A stretch of DNA of 64,000 nt from a bacterium (GCA_031362565.1 JANLSU010000073.1:64001-128000); one strand, 5' to 3'; shown: positions 1-10,304, numbered from the stretch's first letter. Translations and numbers: made by a program. The notes: generated by a model not told the origin, from the letters alone.

Positions 1-858
1 CTCGGCGCCGATGGTGACCGTACCGCCCTCCAGCCGCGCGGCGATCCCATGCTTGACCGCGTTCTCGACGAGCGGCTGCAAGAGAAGCGGCGGGACTCGC
101 GAGGCGCGGGCCTCGGGCGTGGCGCGCACTTCAACCTGCAATCGTGATCCGAAGCGCACTTGTTCGATGGCCAAGTATTTCTCGACGAGGTCGAGTTCCT
201 CGCCGAGCGTGACCCAATCGCGGGCGCCAAGTGCCAAGGTGAGGCGCAAGAAATCACCCAGGCCTTCGCACATCCGGCGCGCTGCTTCGGGATCGCTGCC
301 GGCGAGGGCGTTGATCGAGTTCAAACTGTTGAACAGGAAATGTGGATTGAGTTGGGCGCGGAGGGCGCGAAGCTCGGCCTCGCGCGCTACGACTTGCGAC
401 TCGAGCGCCCGGCGCTCGGCGCGGCGTGAATCCTCGAACGCCGCAATCAGGTAGTGGATCGCGGCCGAGAACAAGTACAGAGGCACGCCGAGGGCGAGGA
501 AGGCCAGGGCGGGGACCGGCGCGTCGCTCGACGCGGCGTCGAATGCGAGCGCGGCGAGAACAGGCGTCCACGCTGCTCCCAACATCGCCCAGAACGCGCT
601 GGCAACGATTGCGGCGACGACGAGCGAGATACCGAGACGGAGTGGCGGCGTGCGTGCCAACGGTGCGGCGCGGCACACCCACCACGACGACAAGCACACG
701 AAAGCGTACGCCAGAGCCAGTGGGGCGGTGTACAAGGCCGCGGCCGCAAAGGGCCGCGCGGTGCCGCCGCGTCCGAGCACCGCAAACAGCAGGCCCAAGA
801 CGCCCCATGCGGCAAGGTAGACGCCGAGACGGGCGCGATTCCCCAGAATCGGATGCAT
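1..858 (-). CDS. LytS/YehU-type sensor histidine kinase (His_kinase family), 3' end runs off the window
   Basis: Not in the ORF track. Manual translation from ATG at 858 (MHPILGNRARLGVYLAAWGV...) gives several TM helices, then AELRALRAQLNPHFLFNSLNSI, TLGEELDLVEKYLAIEQVRFG and VPPLLLQPLVENAVKHG, all diagnostic of the family. Confidence 0.93.
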   Translation of the reverse strand, partial: MHPILGNRARLGVYLAAWGVLGLLFAVLGRGGTARPFAAAALYTAPLALAYAFVCLSSWWVCRAAPLARTPPLRLGISLVVAAIVASAFWAMLGAAWTPVLAALAFDAASSDAPVPALAFLALGVPLYLFSAAIHYLIAAFEDSRRAERRALESQVVAREAELRALRAQLNPHFLFNSLNSINALAGSDPEAARRMCEGLGDFLRLTLALGARDWVTLGEELDLVEKYLAIEQVRFGSRLQVEVRATPEARASRVPPLLLQPLVENAVKHGIAARLEGGTVTIGAE

Positions 859-861
859 CGG

Positions 862-1728
862 CTACGCGTCACGCGCGTTGCGGATTTCAACGCCACCCAT
901 CAGGACGATTCCCCTCACGTGCAGCACGAGGCCCGGCGCCGGTGGCGCCGCAGTGCGGATTTCTTCGACGCCGCCCATGATGCACTGGATTTCGTTCACG
1001 ACCGCCCAGTCATCCGGAACGAGAATCTCGACGCCCCCCATCAGCACCGTCAAATCGATCGTCGCTCCCCCGGGCACGGGCTTCGCGCCGCGGACGTCCA
1101 CGGTTCCGCCACCCATGATGGCGGTAAAGTCGCCACCGCGAAACGACTGCGAGGTGCACATGCGCTCGACACCGGACCAAATCGCCACCGCACTGAAGGT
1201 CTCGCCAGCCGAGGCGGTGCTGGCATCGCGGCCGGCGCCCGCATCTCCGCCCGCATCAGTCGCCGCGCTGCCGGACGCCGGCGCTCCGATCCCGGGCCAG
1301 GCATCGGTGGTGCCGCGATGCCCGCCATTCGTGCCCGGGCCATGGAAGCCGCGCCACACGATGCCGGCCCCGATCAGAATCAACACCACGGGCCAGAGTT
1401 CGTGCAGGCCCCACGGAATGTAGCCCAGATGCTGGAGAAGCAGCACGCTGCCGATCGCGATCCACAGCCAGCCGGCGGACGAGCGATGCGCGCGTCGATC
1501 GAGCAGTTTCGACACTCCAAAACCGATGAGCAGCACCGGCCACCACTCGAACGCCCGGTCGGAGTCCAAAATCCGCAAATTGTCGAGCGTCCACAAGACG
1601 CCGACAGTCACGAACGCAATGCCGAACCAGATGCGGGTGGCGAGACCGGATCCCGGACGTGTCTGCAATCCCCCGCCCCAAATGCCGCGGCGCTTGAAAC
1701 GCCGTTCGGCGCTTGACCCTCTAAGCAT
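862..1728 (-). CDS. LiaF-like membrane protein (DUF5668 TM region + LiaF/DUF2154-like C-terminal beta domain)
   Basis: AAGGAG RBS before ATG at 1728. TM segments WWPVLLIGFG and LWPVVLILIG; C-terminal FRGGDFTAIMGGGTVDVR...LMGGVEILVPDDWAV...LMGGVEI. Confidence 0.85.
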   Translation of the reverse strand: MLRGSSAERRFKRRGIWGGGLQTRPGSGLATRIWFGIAFVTVGVLWTLDNLRILDSDRAFEWWPVLLIGFGVSKLLDRRAHRSSAGWLWIAIGSVLLLQHLGYIPWGLHELWPVVLILIGAGIVWRGFHGPGTNGGHRGTTDAWPGIGAPASGSAATDAGGDAGAGRDASTASAGETFSAVAIWSGVERMCTSQSFRGGDFTAIMGGGTVDVRGAKPVPGGATIDLTVLMGGVEILVPDDWAVVNEIQCIMGGVEEIRTAAPPAPGLVLHVRGIVLMGGVEIRNARDA

Positions 1729-2113
1729 GCAAATCTCCTTTCGACGCCGACACGACCGGCGCGCGGCGCTCGAAGGCCGGATCCAGGAGCGCGCGAACGA
1801 CCATGCCAGCGCCGATGGCGATGAAGACCATCGGCCACGACGATCCCCAATCCAGCCCGTACCATTCGTTCGCACTCACCAGGAACCACAGTCCATAGAA
1901 GACCCACGACACTCCGGAAGCGACCGACCGCGACGATTTCCACGCCGCGATGCGCACGACTCCAAAACCGACGGGGAACAATCCCCACCAGGTCCACGTG
2001 TCGTGAAGATCGAGAATGTCGAGGCGGTGGAGCAGGAACAGTGTCCCCAGGGCGACGAGAACGACTCCGAATCCAATGTGGTCGGTCCGGTCATCGTAGG
2101 TTCGGTGACGCAT
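1721..2113 (-). CDS. LiaF/LiaI-like small membrane protein (DUF5668-like)
   Basis: 130 aa, four hydrophobic segments (GVVLVALGTLFLL, SWPMVFIAIGAGMV); overlaps the start of the next gene. Confidence 0.75.
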   Translation of the reverse strand: MRHRTYDDRTDHIGFGVVLVALGTLFLLHRLDILDLHDTWTWWGLFPVGFGVVRIAAWKSSRSVASGVSWVFYGLWFLVSANEWYGLDWGSSWPMVFIAIGAGMVVRALLDPAFERRAPVVSASKGDLHA

Positions 2114-2322
2114 GGCAATCTCTCCCTCTCTATTCCGGACGGCACCTCCGCCGGGTGTGTCACAGGGTACGGTCGTGCAGGCAGAAGGTGGCGCGCATTT
2201 CGGCCAGACGCGGAATCAGTCGGTGGGTGCCGCCGTCCGGCGCGGCGGGAACGGGATGGCGGCCGGGCCCGGCGGCGCCTAGAATCCGCACGGCTCGCAT
2301 CCTCTTGCCACGGAGATCTTGC

Positions 2323-3573
2323 ATGCGCCGCTTGACGTTTGCCCTGTCGTTCGCGGCGCTGTTTGCCGCTGGCCTCGCACGCGCCGTGGCACCACCCGGT
2401 GCACCGCCCGCCGTCGAGTTGGGGGAGACGCGGCCGCTCGAAACGACGCTCGGCGATCCGGCGCTGCCCACCGCGAGCGACGTCTGGCTGAACATGATCC
2501 GCGGCGCCAAACGCCAAGTGGATCTCGAGAGCTTCTACCTGTCGCGCAAGCCCGGCGAGGCGCTCGATCCGGTCCTCGACGAGATCGGCCGCGCCGCCAA
2601 ACGCGGAGTGCGCGTGCGCTTGTTGCTGGATGCCGGCATGCACAAAACCTATCCACAGCCAGCCGACTCACTCGGCGGTTTACCAGGCGTCTCGGTGCGA
2701 GTCATCAACTATCGCAAGCTCGCGGGCGGCGTGCAGCACTCGAAATTCATGGTCGTCGACGAGTTCGACACGTGGGTCGGCAGTCAGAACCTCGATTGGC
2801 GCTCGCTGTCGCACATCCACGAGCTGGGGGCGCGGGTACGGTTGGTCCCCGTGGCGCAGGCATTCGGTGATGTGTTCGAGACTGACTGGGCTGCAGCGGA
2901 CACCACCGCGACCCCAGCGCCGCTCGACCGTCATCCGGCAAAGTGGCCGCTCGCGTTCGAACAAGACGGCGCGCCCGGCGACCTGTGGGTGAGTGCCAGC
3001 CCGCGCGCGCTCACTCCGGCGTCGATTCCGTGGGATCAGCAAGTGTTGGTCGACGCCGTAAACAAAGCCCAGCACGAGATCGTCGCCCAGGTGCTGACCT
3101 ATGGTGTGGGCGGCCGCGGGGTGAGTGACTCGACACTCCACAAGGCGCTCATTGCGGCGGCCGGGCGTGGCGTGCAGGTGAAGCTTGTTGTTTCGGACTG
3201 GGAAGTGGGCGGCCGCGGCGAACCTGATGTACGGGCGCTCGCGGCGACTCCCAACATCCAGGTGCGCATTTCGCGCGTCGCCGACTGGAGTGGCGGCTAC
3301 ATTCCATTCGCGCGCGTCGAGCACTGCAAATACATGGTTGCAGACTCGACCTGGCTCTGGCTCGGCACCAGCAACTGGGAGCCGTCCTATTTCGTCACAT
3401 CGCGCAACCTCGCCATCACCGTCAAACATGCACCGCTGGCGCACCAGGCCCGCGGCATCTTCGAGACGAGCTGGACGGCACCGTCGGCCATGCCGCTGAA
3501 TGCCGAGGCCAAGCTCGCGCGCCGCGCGCATGCCGAAACGCCGCCGCCGGGCGCGAAACTCTACGGCGAATAA
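2323..3573 (+). CDS. Secreted phospholipase D superfamily protein (PLD3/K4L-like)
   Basis: GGAG RBS; signal peptide MRRLTFALSFAALFAAGLARA; two HKD motifs (QHSKFMVVD...GSQNLDWRSL and EHCKYMVAD...GTSNW). Confidence 0.9.
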   Translation: MRRLTFALSFAALFAAGLARAVAPPGAPPAVELGETRPLETTLGDPALPTASDVWLNMIRGAKRQVDLESFYLSRKPGEALDPVLDEIGRAAKRGVRVRLLLDAGMHKTYPQPADSLGGLPGVSVRVINYRKLAGGVQHSKFMVVDEFDTWVGSQNLDWRSLSHIHELGARVRLVPVAQAFGDVFETDWAAADTTATPAPLDRHPAKWPLAFEQDGAPGDLWVSASPRALTPASIPWDQQVLVDAVNKAQHEIVAQVLTYGVGGRGVSDSTLHKALIAAAGRGVQVKLVVSDWEVGGRGEPDVRALAATPNIQVRISRVADWSGGYIPFARVEHCKYMVADSTWLWLGTSNWEPSYFVTSRNLAITVKHAPLAHQARGIFETSWTAPSAMPLNAEAKLARRAHAETPPPGAKLYGE

Positions 3574-3644
3574 CGTCTGCAGCTCGAGTCGTGATCTTGG
3601 TTCCCAGTACCTTGGGCGACACACTTCGGTGTTGTCCGCCGCGC

Positions 3645-4112
3645 CTAGCGCGGCACACGCCCGCTCCAGCCGAGGATCCAACGCGTGCAACGGTGCGCCG
3701 GGTCGACGGGCTCGCAGTACATGAGCGGGCACCCGCCGACAATGCACTCGATCCCGCGTGCTTCGCTGTCGCAAATCGCCGCGGCCGAGACGCTGCCCGC
3801 GCCAATGGACCGGTGCAACCAGACGCGCTTCACCCCATGGTCGGCGCACTGACGCACGACGGCCGCCGCGACATTCGGATGGGTCGCGATCACGACACCA
3901 TCGACCGGCACGGGAAGTGCGCCGACATCGGAAAAGCACCGGACGCCTTCGACTTCAGGTGTGTTGGGATTGATGGGGAAGACGTCGTAGCCAAAATTGC
4001 GCAGCTTGTGGAAGACCGCGTTGGCGGCCTGGCCCCGGCGGCGCGACACGCCCGCGACGGCGAAGCGCCGGCCGCTCAGAAAACGCGCCACCTGTTCAGG
4101 GATTCGTGACAT
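3645..4112 (-). CDS. CoA-binding protein (CoA_binding_2/YccU-like)
   Basis: FAVAGVSR, GYDVFPINP, VKRVWLH, IVGGCPLMY; GGAGG RBS. Confidence 0.85.
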   Translation of the reverse strand: MSRIPEQVARFLSGRRFAVAGVSRRRGQAANAVFHKLRNFGYDVFPINPNTPEVEGVRCFSDVGALPVPVDGVVIATHPNVAAAVVRQCADHGVKRVWLHRSIGAGSVSAAAICDSEARGIECIVGGCPLMYCEPVDPAHRCTRWILGWSGRVPR

Positions 4113-4449
4113 GTCGACCTCCAGTCATCACTGGTCGCGGAGATTGTGCACCTGCCGGGAGATTAGCGCCATGGAGATGCGAGTGCTGCTTGCAAATTCA
4201 ACGCATAGGTGGCGTCTGCGATCCTAGGACGCCAGGCGCCGCGTCCTTGACGTTGATGCCGGTCAGGCGGGGGCGCGGGCGTTGCCCTGGCGAGACGGCT
4301 TTGACCACCGAACGTCTCGAGCCGGGTATGGCGCACCTGCGTGCCGTCCCCCTGGAGCAGTTTCTGTCGATTGGTCCTTGGTGGCGGTTGCAACGGGCCG
4401 CGGTCTCCGACTATGGTCGCGCACGCGTCTTTCTCCTGGGAGGGAACCC

Positions 4450-7400
4450 ATGCTGCGCCGTCTGTTGCCGGTGGCCGTCTGGCTCGTGAGCGCGGCGGTG
4501 CGGGCCGCGCCGGTCGATCCCGCCCTGTTTCAAGACTTGCGCTGGCGGTGCATCGGACCCCATCGCGGCGGCCGCACGGTCAGCGCTGTCGGGATCCCGG
4601 CCGAACCCAACGTGTTCTATATCGGCGTCAACAATGGCGGGGTGTGGAAGACGACCGACGCCGGACGAATCTGGAAACCGGTTTTCGATCAGCAACCGAC
4701 GGGTTCCATCGGTGCGATCGCGATCGCGCCTTCCGATCCGAACGTCGTGTACGTTGGCAGCGGCGAGGGACTGCAACGGCCCGACCTCTCGACCGGTGAC
4801 GGCATCTACAAGTCGGTCGATGCGGGACGCACTTGGCGTCATCTCGGATTGCGCGATGGCCAGCAGATCGGCGCCATTGTCGTCGATCCCAATGATCCCA
4901 ATCGGTTGTTCGTCGCGGTGCTCGGCCATCCCTATGGCGCCAACCCGGAGCGCGGTGTCTATCGTTCGACCGATGGTGGCGAGACGTTCGAGCGCGTCTT
5001 GTACAAGGACGAGGATACCGGTGCGATCGCGCTCGCCTTCGATCCGGCGACGCCGCAGATCGTTTACGCCGTGCTGTGGTCGGCACGGCTGGCGCCGTGG
5101 GAAAACGGCCATTGGTCCGGGCCGGGCAGCGGCCTCTTCAAGTCGATCGATGGCGGAACCACCTGGCGGCCGCTGACACAGGGCCTGCCGACGTTCGATC
5201 AAGGCTTGGGGCGCATTGGGCTGTGCGTGGCGCCCTCCGACTCGCGGCGCTTGTACGCGACCGTGGAAGCATCGGCCGAGCGGGGTGGCATCTACCGCTC
5301 CGACGATGGCGGTGAAAATTGGCGCCGGGTCAACGCGGATGCGCGTCTGTGGAGTCGCGGTTCGGACTTTGCAGAGGTGCAGGTTCATCCGGACAACCCC
5401 GATATTCTGTTTGATATCAACATTGTCGCCTGGAAGTCTACCGATGGCGGCGCGACGTTCGACGCCTTCCGCGGTGCGCCGGGCGGCGACGATCCGCACC
5501 GGCTCTGGATCAATCCCTTGCACCCAGAGATCATGCTCTTGGCCGGCGACCAAGGTGCGATCGTCACGGTGAACGGCGGCGAGACCTGGTCGTCGTGGTA
5601 CAACCAACCCACCGCGCAGTTCTATCATGTGAGCACCGACAACCAATTTCCGTACTGGGTCTATGGCGGCCAGCAGGAAAGCGGCTCGGTAGGCATCGCC
5701 AGCCGGGGCAACGACGGCCAAATTACTTTTCGCGACTGGCATCCGGTAGGCGCCGAAGAGTACGGGTACATTGCCCCCGATCCCTTGAATCCGAACCTGG
5801 TGTACGGCGGCAAGATCACGCGCTTCGACCGCACCACCGGCCAGGTGCAGAACATCGCCCCGGAGGCGATTCGCTCCGGGCGCTATCGCTTCCTGCGTAC
5901 GGCGCCGGTGCTCTTCTCGCCGGTCGATCCGCACGTGCTGTACTACGCCGGCAATGTCTTGTTCAAGACGGCGAACGGCGGCCACAGTTGGGACATCATC
6001 AGCCCGGATCTGTCCCGCGCCCAGCTCGAGGTACCGGCGAACATCGGTGTTTTTCGAACCGCGGACCTCGAGCACATGGCGCGGCGCGGGGTCATCTATA
6101 CCGTCGCGCCATCGGGGCGCGATCGCGGCACATTGTGGGCTGGTACCGATGACGGGTTGATTCATGTGACGCACGACGGCGGCAAGACGTGGACGAACGT
6201 GACGCCGCCGGAAATCACCCCGTGGAGCAAGGTGTCACTGATCGATGCCGGACACTTCGACGTCGAGACCGCCTATGCCGCCGTGAATCGCATTCGCCTC
6301 GACGACCAGCGCGCGCACGTGATGCGCACTCACGACGGCGGCAAGACGTGGCGCGAAATCGTCGCCGGCTTGCCGGACAAGCCCGTGAATGCGGTGCGCG
6401 AAGATCCGAAGCAGCCAGGGCTGTTGTTTTGCGGCACGGAGCGGGCCGTGTACGTGTCGTTCGACGATGGGGACCATTGGCAGTCGCTCCGGCAGAACAT
6501 GCCGGCGACCTCGATTCGCGATCTGGTGATCAAAGCCGACGACATTGTCGTCGGCACGCACGGCCGGTCGTTCTGGATCTTGGACGACATCACGCCGTTG
6601 CGCCAGCTCCCGGCGAATGTGTCGGCGGCGAAAGCTTTGTTGTTCGCGCCGCAAACCGCCATCCGCGTCCGCTGGAACATGAATAGTGACACGCCGCTTC
6701 CGCAGGAGGAACCCGGCGGCCAGAACCCGCCCGATGGCGCGATCCTCGACTACGCGTTGAGTGCCAAACCGGCGGGTGCGGTGCGTCTCGAGGTTCTGGA
6801 TGCCCGCGGCGTTCTGGTGCGCCGCTACTCGAGCGACGACCGGTTCGAATCGATCGACAGTCTCGCCAAGCAAGTGAACATTCCAACCTACTGGATCCGC
6901 CCCCCACAAATCGTTTCAACCGCACCCGGCATGCACCGGCTCGTGTGGGACTTGCACCATGCGCCCTGCGACTGGCTGCCGCCGCAGTATCCGATTGCGG
7001 CGATTTACCAGGACACGTGGCGCGAACCGCAGGGCCCGTGGGCCTTGCCGGGCACCTACACCGTCCGTTTGTCGGTGGACGGACGGGAGTTCACGCAACA
7101 GCTCGTGCTGGAGATGGATCCGCGCGTCAAGACGCCGAAAGGCGGCATCGCGCGCCAGCACGCGATCGCCATGCAGTGCTATGCGGGTTTGCAACGCCTG
7201 TGCGATGCGCTTTCGGTGGTACGCAAGGTGCGGAGTCAGTTGCAAGAAATCGCCCAACGCCAAACGGCGCCGGTCGCACTGAATTCGACCCCGGCGGCCT
7301 CGACCGCGGCCGATTCGAGCCTCGCCGGCGCGAGTGCGGCGCTCGACAAGAAGCTGGCGGCGCTGCAGAGCGAAAGCGCGCCGCCCCGCACGGGAGCCGG

Positions 7401-7683
7401 GGCCGGCGGCGCGCCCGCCGTCGGCCTTCTGAGAGCCGCATTCGAAGCCCCGACGCTCGGCGACGTCAACGCCCAAGAACTCGCACTCATGGATCTCGTC
7501 GAGAGCGTCGATGCAGAACCCACCACACAAGCAATCGCCACCGCCAAGGATTTGGTGGGGCGCGAAGCGTTGGCGCTCGGACGGTGGCGCGCACTTGCCG
7601 CCGCCGACGTGCAGGCGCTCAGCGCCAGACTCGCGCGGGCCGGCCTGCCGGCACTCGTCGTCGAGCCCGAGGGTCCGAAGTGA
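4450..7683 (+). CDS. VPS10/sortilin-like BNR-repeat beta-propeller protein (often annotated glycosyl hydrolase)
   Basis: Signal peptide; LRWRCIGPHRGGR; many S/TxDGGxTW Asp-boxes; WYNQPTAQFYHV; GTHGRSFWILDDITPLRQ; GQNPPDGAILDY. Confidence 0.9.
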   Translation: MLRRLLPVAVWLVSAAVRAAPVDPALFQDLRWRCIGPHRGGRTVSAVGIPAEPNVFYIGVNNGGVWKTTDAGRIWKPVFDQQPTGSIGAIAIAPSDPNVVYVGSGEGLQRPDLSTGDGIYKSVDAGRTWRHLGLRDGQQIGAIVVDPNDPNRLFVAVLGHPYGANPERGVYRSTDGGETFERVLYKDEDTGAIALAFDPATPQIVYAVLWSARLAPWENGHWSGPGSGLFKSIDGGTTWRPLTQGLPTFDQGLGRIGLCVAPSDSRRLYATVEASAERGGIYRSDDGGENWRRVNADARLWSRGSDFAEVQVHPDNPDILFDINIVAWKSTDGGATFDAFRGAPGGDDPHRLWINPLHPEIMLLAGDQGAIVTVNGGETWSSWYNQPTAQFYHVSTDNQFPYWVYGGQQESGSVGIASRGNDGQITFRDWHPVGAEEYGYIAPDPLNPNLVYGGKITRFDRTTGQVQNIAPEAIRSGRYRFLRTAPVLFSPVDPHVLYYAGNVLFKTANGGHSWDIISPDLSRAQLEVPANIGVFRTADLEHMARRGVIYTVAPSGRDRGTLWAGTDDGLIHVTHDGGKTWTNVTPPEITPWSKVSLIDAGHFDVETAYAAVNRIRLDDQRAHVMRTHDGGKTWREIVAGLPDKPVNAVREDPKQPGLLFCGTERAVYVSFDDGDHWQSLRQNMPATSIRDLVIKADDIVVGTHGRSFWILDDITPLRQLPANVSAAKALLFAPQTAIRVRWNMNSDTPLPQEEPGGQNPPDGAILDYALSAKPAGAVRLEVLDARGVLVRRYSSDDRFESIDSLAKQVNIPTYWIRPPQIVSTAPGMHRLVWDLHHAPCDWLPPQYPIAAIYQDTWREPQGPWALPGTYTVRLSVDGREFTQQLVLEMDPRVKTPKGGIARQHAIAMQCYAGLQRLCDALSVVRKVRSQLQEIAQRQTAPVALNSTPAASTAADSSLAGASAALDKKLAALQSESAPPRTGAGAGGAPAVGLLRAAFEAPTLGDVNAQELALMDLVESVDAEPTTQAIATAKDLVGREALALGRWRALAAADVQALSARLARAGLPALVVEPEGPK

Positions 7684-7828
7684 TCGTGTGCCGTGACCTG
7701 GTGAGTCTATGGTATTTTACCAAGCCTCTGGCGCGGCGGCGGCTGTCGGCCCGCGTCCCGGATTTTAGGGCTGCACGACGGACCTTCGTTCAGCCGCCAT
7801 CGAATCACCCCACGAGGTTTGTTTCGCG

Positions 7829-9526
7829 ATGAACACGATGACGACTCTCTTGCTGGCAGGCGCTATGACCACATTGCAGACCGCGTCCCAGACCGATCTC
7901 CAGACCATGTCGGCGCGATTCGCGCCGGTCGAACTCCGCGCCGATGTATCGAAGTTGTCGCCCGGCGATCGCGCGGCTCTGGCCAAGCTCGTCGAGGCAG
8001 CCCGCATCGTCGACGTCCTGCAACTCCGCCAACGCTGGGCGCAGAACGAGGCGCTGTGGGCGGCGCTCCAGAAGGACACGTCGCCGCTCGGCAAGGCGCG
8101 GAGCGCCTATTTCTGGCTCAACAAGGGGCCCTGGTCGGTGCTCGACGACAACAAGGCGTTTTTGCCGGCGATTGCCGGCATCGAGATCCCGGCCGAAAAA
8201 CCGGGCGGCGGCAACTTCTACCCCGGCGATGCGACCAAGGAAGAACTCGATGCATGGATGAAGGGTTTGCCGGACGCCGAGCGGACGCAGGCCCAATGGT
8301 TCTTCACCGTGATCCGGCGTGACGCGGCGCGCAAGTTCACCATCGTGCCGTATTCACAGGAATACCAGGCCGATCTCGAAAAGCTGGCGGCGCTCACCAA
8401 GGAAGCGGCGGCGCTCACCAGCAACGCCTCACTGCGGCATTTCCTCGAGCTGCGGGCGGCGGCGTTCCTGAGCAACGACTACTTCGATTCGGATGTCGCA
8501 TGGATGGATCTCGATTCACCGGTGGACGTGACGCTTGGACCGTACGAGACCTACAACGACGACTGGTTCGGCTACAAAGCGGCGTTCGAAGCCTACGTGA
8601 GCGTTCGCGACGACAAGGAAACCGACAAGGTGCGGTTTTTCTCGAGCCACATGCAGGAACTCGAAGACAGCTTGCCGATTGCCGCCGAATACCGCAACAA
8701 GAAGGTCGGCGCTGCGGCGCCCATGGTCGTGGTGAATCAAGTGTTCAGCGCCGGCGACGGCAACATGGGAATCGCGACCGCCGCCTACAACCTGCCGAAC
8801 GATGAGCGCGTCGTGAACCAAAAGGGTTCCAAACGCATCATGTTGAAGAATATCCAGGAACTCAAATTCAAGACGACGCTGACGCCCATTTCGAAGATCG
8901 TCCTGCGTCCGGCGGATCAAAAGAACTTGGACTTCGACGCCTTCTTCTCACACATCCTGGCGCACGAAATCACCCACGGCTTGGGGCCGCATGCGATCCG
9001 TGTCGGTGGCAAAGACACCACACCACGCCAGGAACTCAAAGACACGTACTCGACCATGGAAGAGGCGAAGGCGGATGTGACGGGGCTGCATGCGCTGGCG
9101 GTTCTCATGGACCGCGGCCTGCTGCCGAACGCCGAGGCCGATCGCCACAAGCTGTATACGACGTTCTTGGCGTCGTCGTTTCGCACCCTGCATTTCGGAC
9201 TCACGGACTCGCATGCGCGTGGCATGGCGATGCAGTTCAACTTCCTGTGGGACAAGGGTGGGTTCGTGGCGAACTCCGACGGCACGTTCTCGGTGGACTT
9301 TGCGAAGATTCGCCAGGCGGTCAGCGATCTCGACCACGAGCTGCTCATGATCGAAGCGACCGGCGACTATGCCGGCGCGAAGAAGATGATGGCGGAACTG
9401 GTGGTCGTGCGCCCCGAAGTGCAGAAGGCGCTCGACAAGCTGGCGGCGTCGGTACCGAACGACATTCGCCCGGTGTTCGTTACTGCGAATGAAATCGCCG
9501 GCCGGCCGGCGCCGGCCGCCCGGTGA
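7829..9526 (+). CDS. Peptidase family M49 (dipeptidyl-peptidase III-like, HExxH type)
   Basis: GPYETYND, AYNLPNDERV, HILAHEITHGLGP, EEAKADVTG. Confidence 0.9.
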   Translation: MNTMTTLLLAGAMTTLQTASQTDLQTMSARFAPVELRADVSKLSPGDRAALAKLVEAARIVDVLQLRQRWAQNEALWAALQKDTSPLGKARSAYFWLNKGPWSVLDDNKAFLPAIAGIEIPAEKPGGGNFYPGDATKEELDAWMKGLPDAERTQAQWFFTVIRRDAARKFTIVPYSQEYQADLEKLAALTKEAAALTSNASLRHFLELRAAAFLSNDYFDSDVAWMDLDSPVDVTLGPYETYNDDWFGYKAAFEAYVSVRDDKETDKVRFFSSHMQELEDSLPIAAEYRNKKVGAAAPMVVVNQVFSAGDGNMGIATAAYNLPNDERVVNQKGSKRIMLKNIQELKFKTTLTPISKIVLRPADQKNLDFDAFFSHILAHEITHGLGPHAIRVGGKDTTPRQELKDTYSTMEEAKADVTGLHALAVLMDRGLLPNAEADRHKLYTTFLASSFRTLHFGLTDSHARGMAMQFNFLWDKGGFVANSDGTFSVDFAKIRQAVSDLDHELLMIEATGDYAGAKKMMAELVVVRPEVQKALDKLAASVPNDIRPVFVTANEIAGRPAPAAR

Positions 9527-9564
9527 GACGGTAGCGGCGCCGAGCGCAGGCTTTTCAGCCACCG

Positions 9565-9595
9565 AGGCAATAGGGGCCCCCGGCCCGTGTTGCCT
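9565..9595 (+). terminator. Hairpin downstream of the M49 peptidase gene (possible terminator)
   Basis: AGGCAATAGGG...CCCGTGTTGCCT imperfect inverted repeat; weak U-tract. Confidence 0.35.
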
Positions 9596-9844
9596 ACGCC
9601 GTAGCTTGTTCGTCCGTCGAGGTTCCGCGTCGGAAAACCAGGTGGTCCACTGGTTGCCAGGCCTGTTCCCTGGCGTGCGTGCGACACGCGCCGGTCTAGC
9701 AAAAGGCTCAAGTCCGGCCCGGTTGCGTTGCTCCGCGGGAGCTTTCCAGTCTCCAGCACGCAGACCTCGTCCGAATTCCCGCCGTTGCCGGCGTGAACTC
9801 TTTTCCGTCGTGCGTCATCCTACCGTTCGTCCACACGGCACCGC

Positions 9845-10304
9845 GCGAAGCTTCCTTGAAGTTCTCGTGAGATGCGCTGTTTGGCGTAACTGCAGGCCAA
9901 CCTGCTGTTCGCGGCGCGCGGCACGCGGCGCGCCGGCGACGGAGCACGAAGATCGGCGCGCACGCGGGCGGTGAAGGCGGAGCAAGGGCCGCGCAATCCG
10001 AAGCGGACCGGCTCGACCAGAGCGAGCCTATTCGGCCCACGACGACCCGCTGGATCGATTGCCGGCTCCGGACGGCGCTGCTCGGTTGGCCCTGCCCCGC
10101 CTCACGACTTCGCTCGACACCCTTACCGCCGCCCGAAGGGGGCTCGCATGCTAGCAGCGTCAATGTGAGCCCGGTGCGAAGGTTCATTGAGATCTGCTCG
10201 CAGTTCCGTACGCTCCGCGACCGAACCAACGTCTCACGCCAGCCACATGGAACCTTCACGAGCCTTCGTTAGGATCGAATGAGTGAAGCATTCGTGAGCT
10301 TGAA
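9845..10304 (+). promoter_or_regulatory. Three arrays of 11-bp-period (G/T)(T/C)GA(A/G) direct repeats, candidate OmpR/PhoB-family binding sites upstream of exbB
   Basis: 9845 GCGAAGCTTCC-TTGAAGTTCTC-GTGAGATGCGC; 10165 GTGAGCCCGGT-GCGAAGGTTCA-TTGAGATCTGC; 10283 GTGAAGCATTC-GTGAGCTTGAA. Confidence 0.45.

Noticed and set aside
454..1716. Many long Arg/Ala/Pro-rich ORFs (e.g. 454-1716+, 4411-6174-, 13682-15388-, 29617-31437+, 49811-51577+)
   Set aside because: Antisense or off-frame shadows of well-supported genes, as expected at high GC; no motifs.
9600..10260. Possible RNase P, tmRNA, cobalamin riboswitch or ORF (9708-10259) in the long gap
   Set aside because: Hallmark strings (GAGGAAAGTCC, tRNA-like ends, B12 box) were not found by eye, and the ORFs lack protein-like composition. 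An Rfam scan is still needed.
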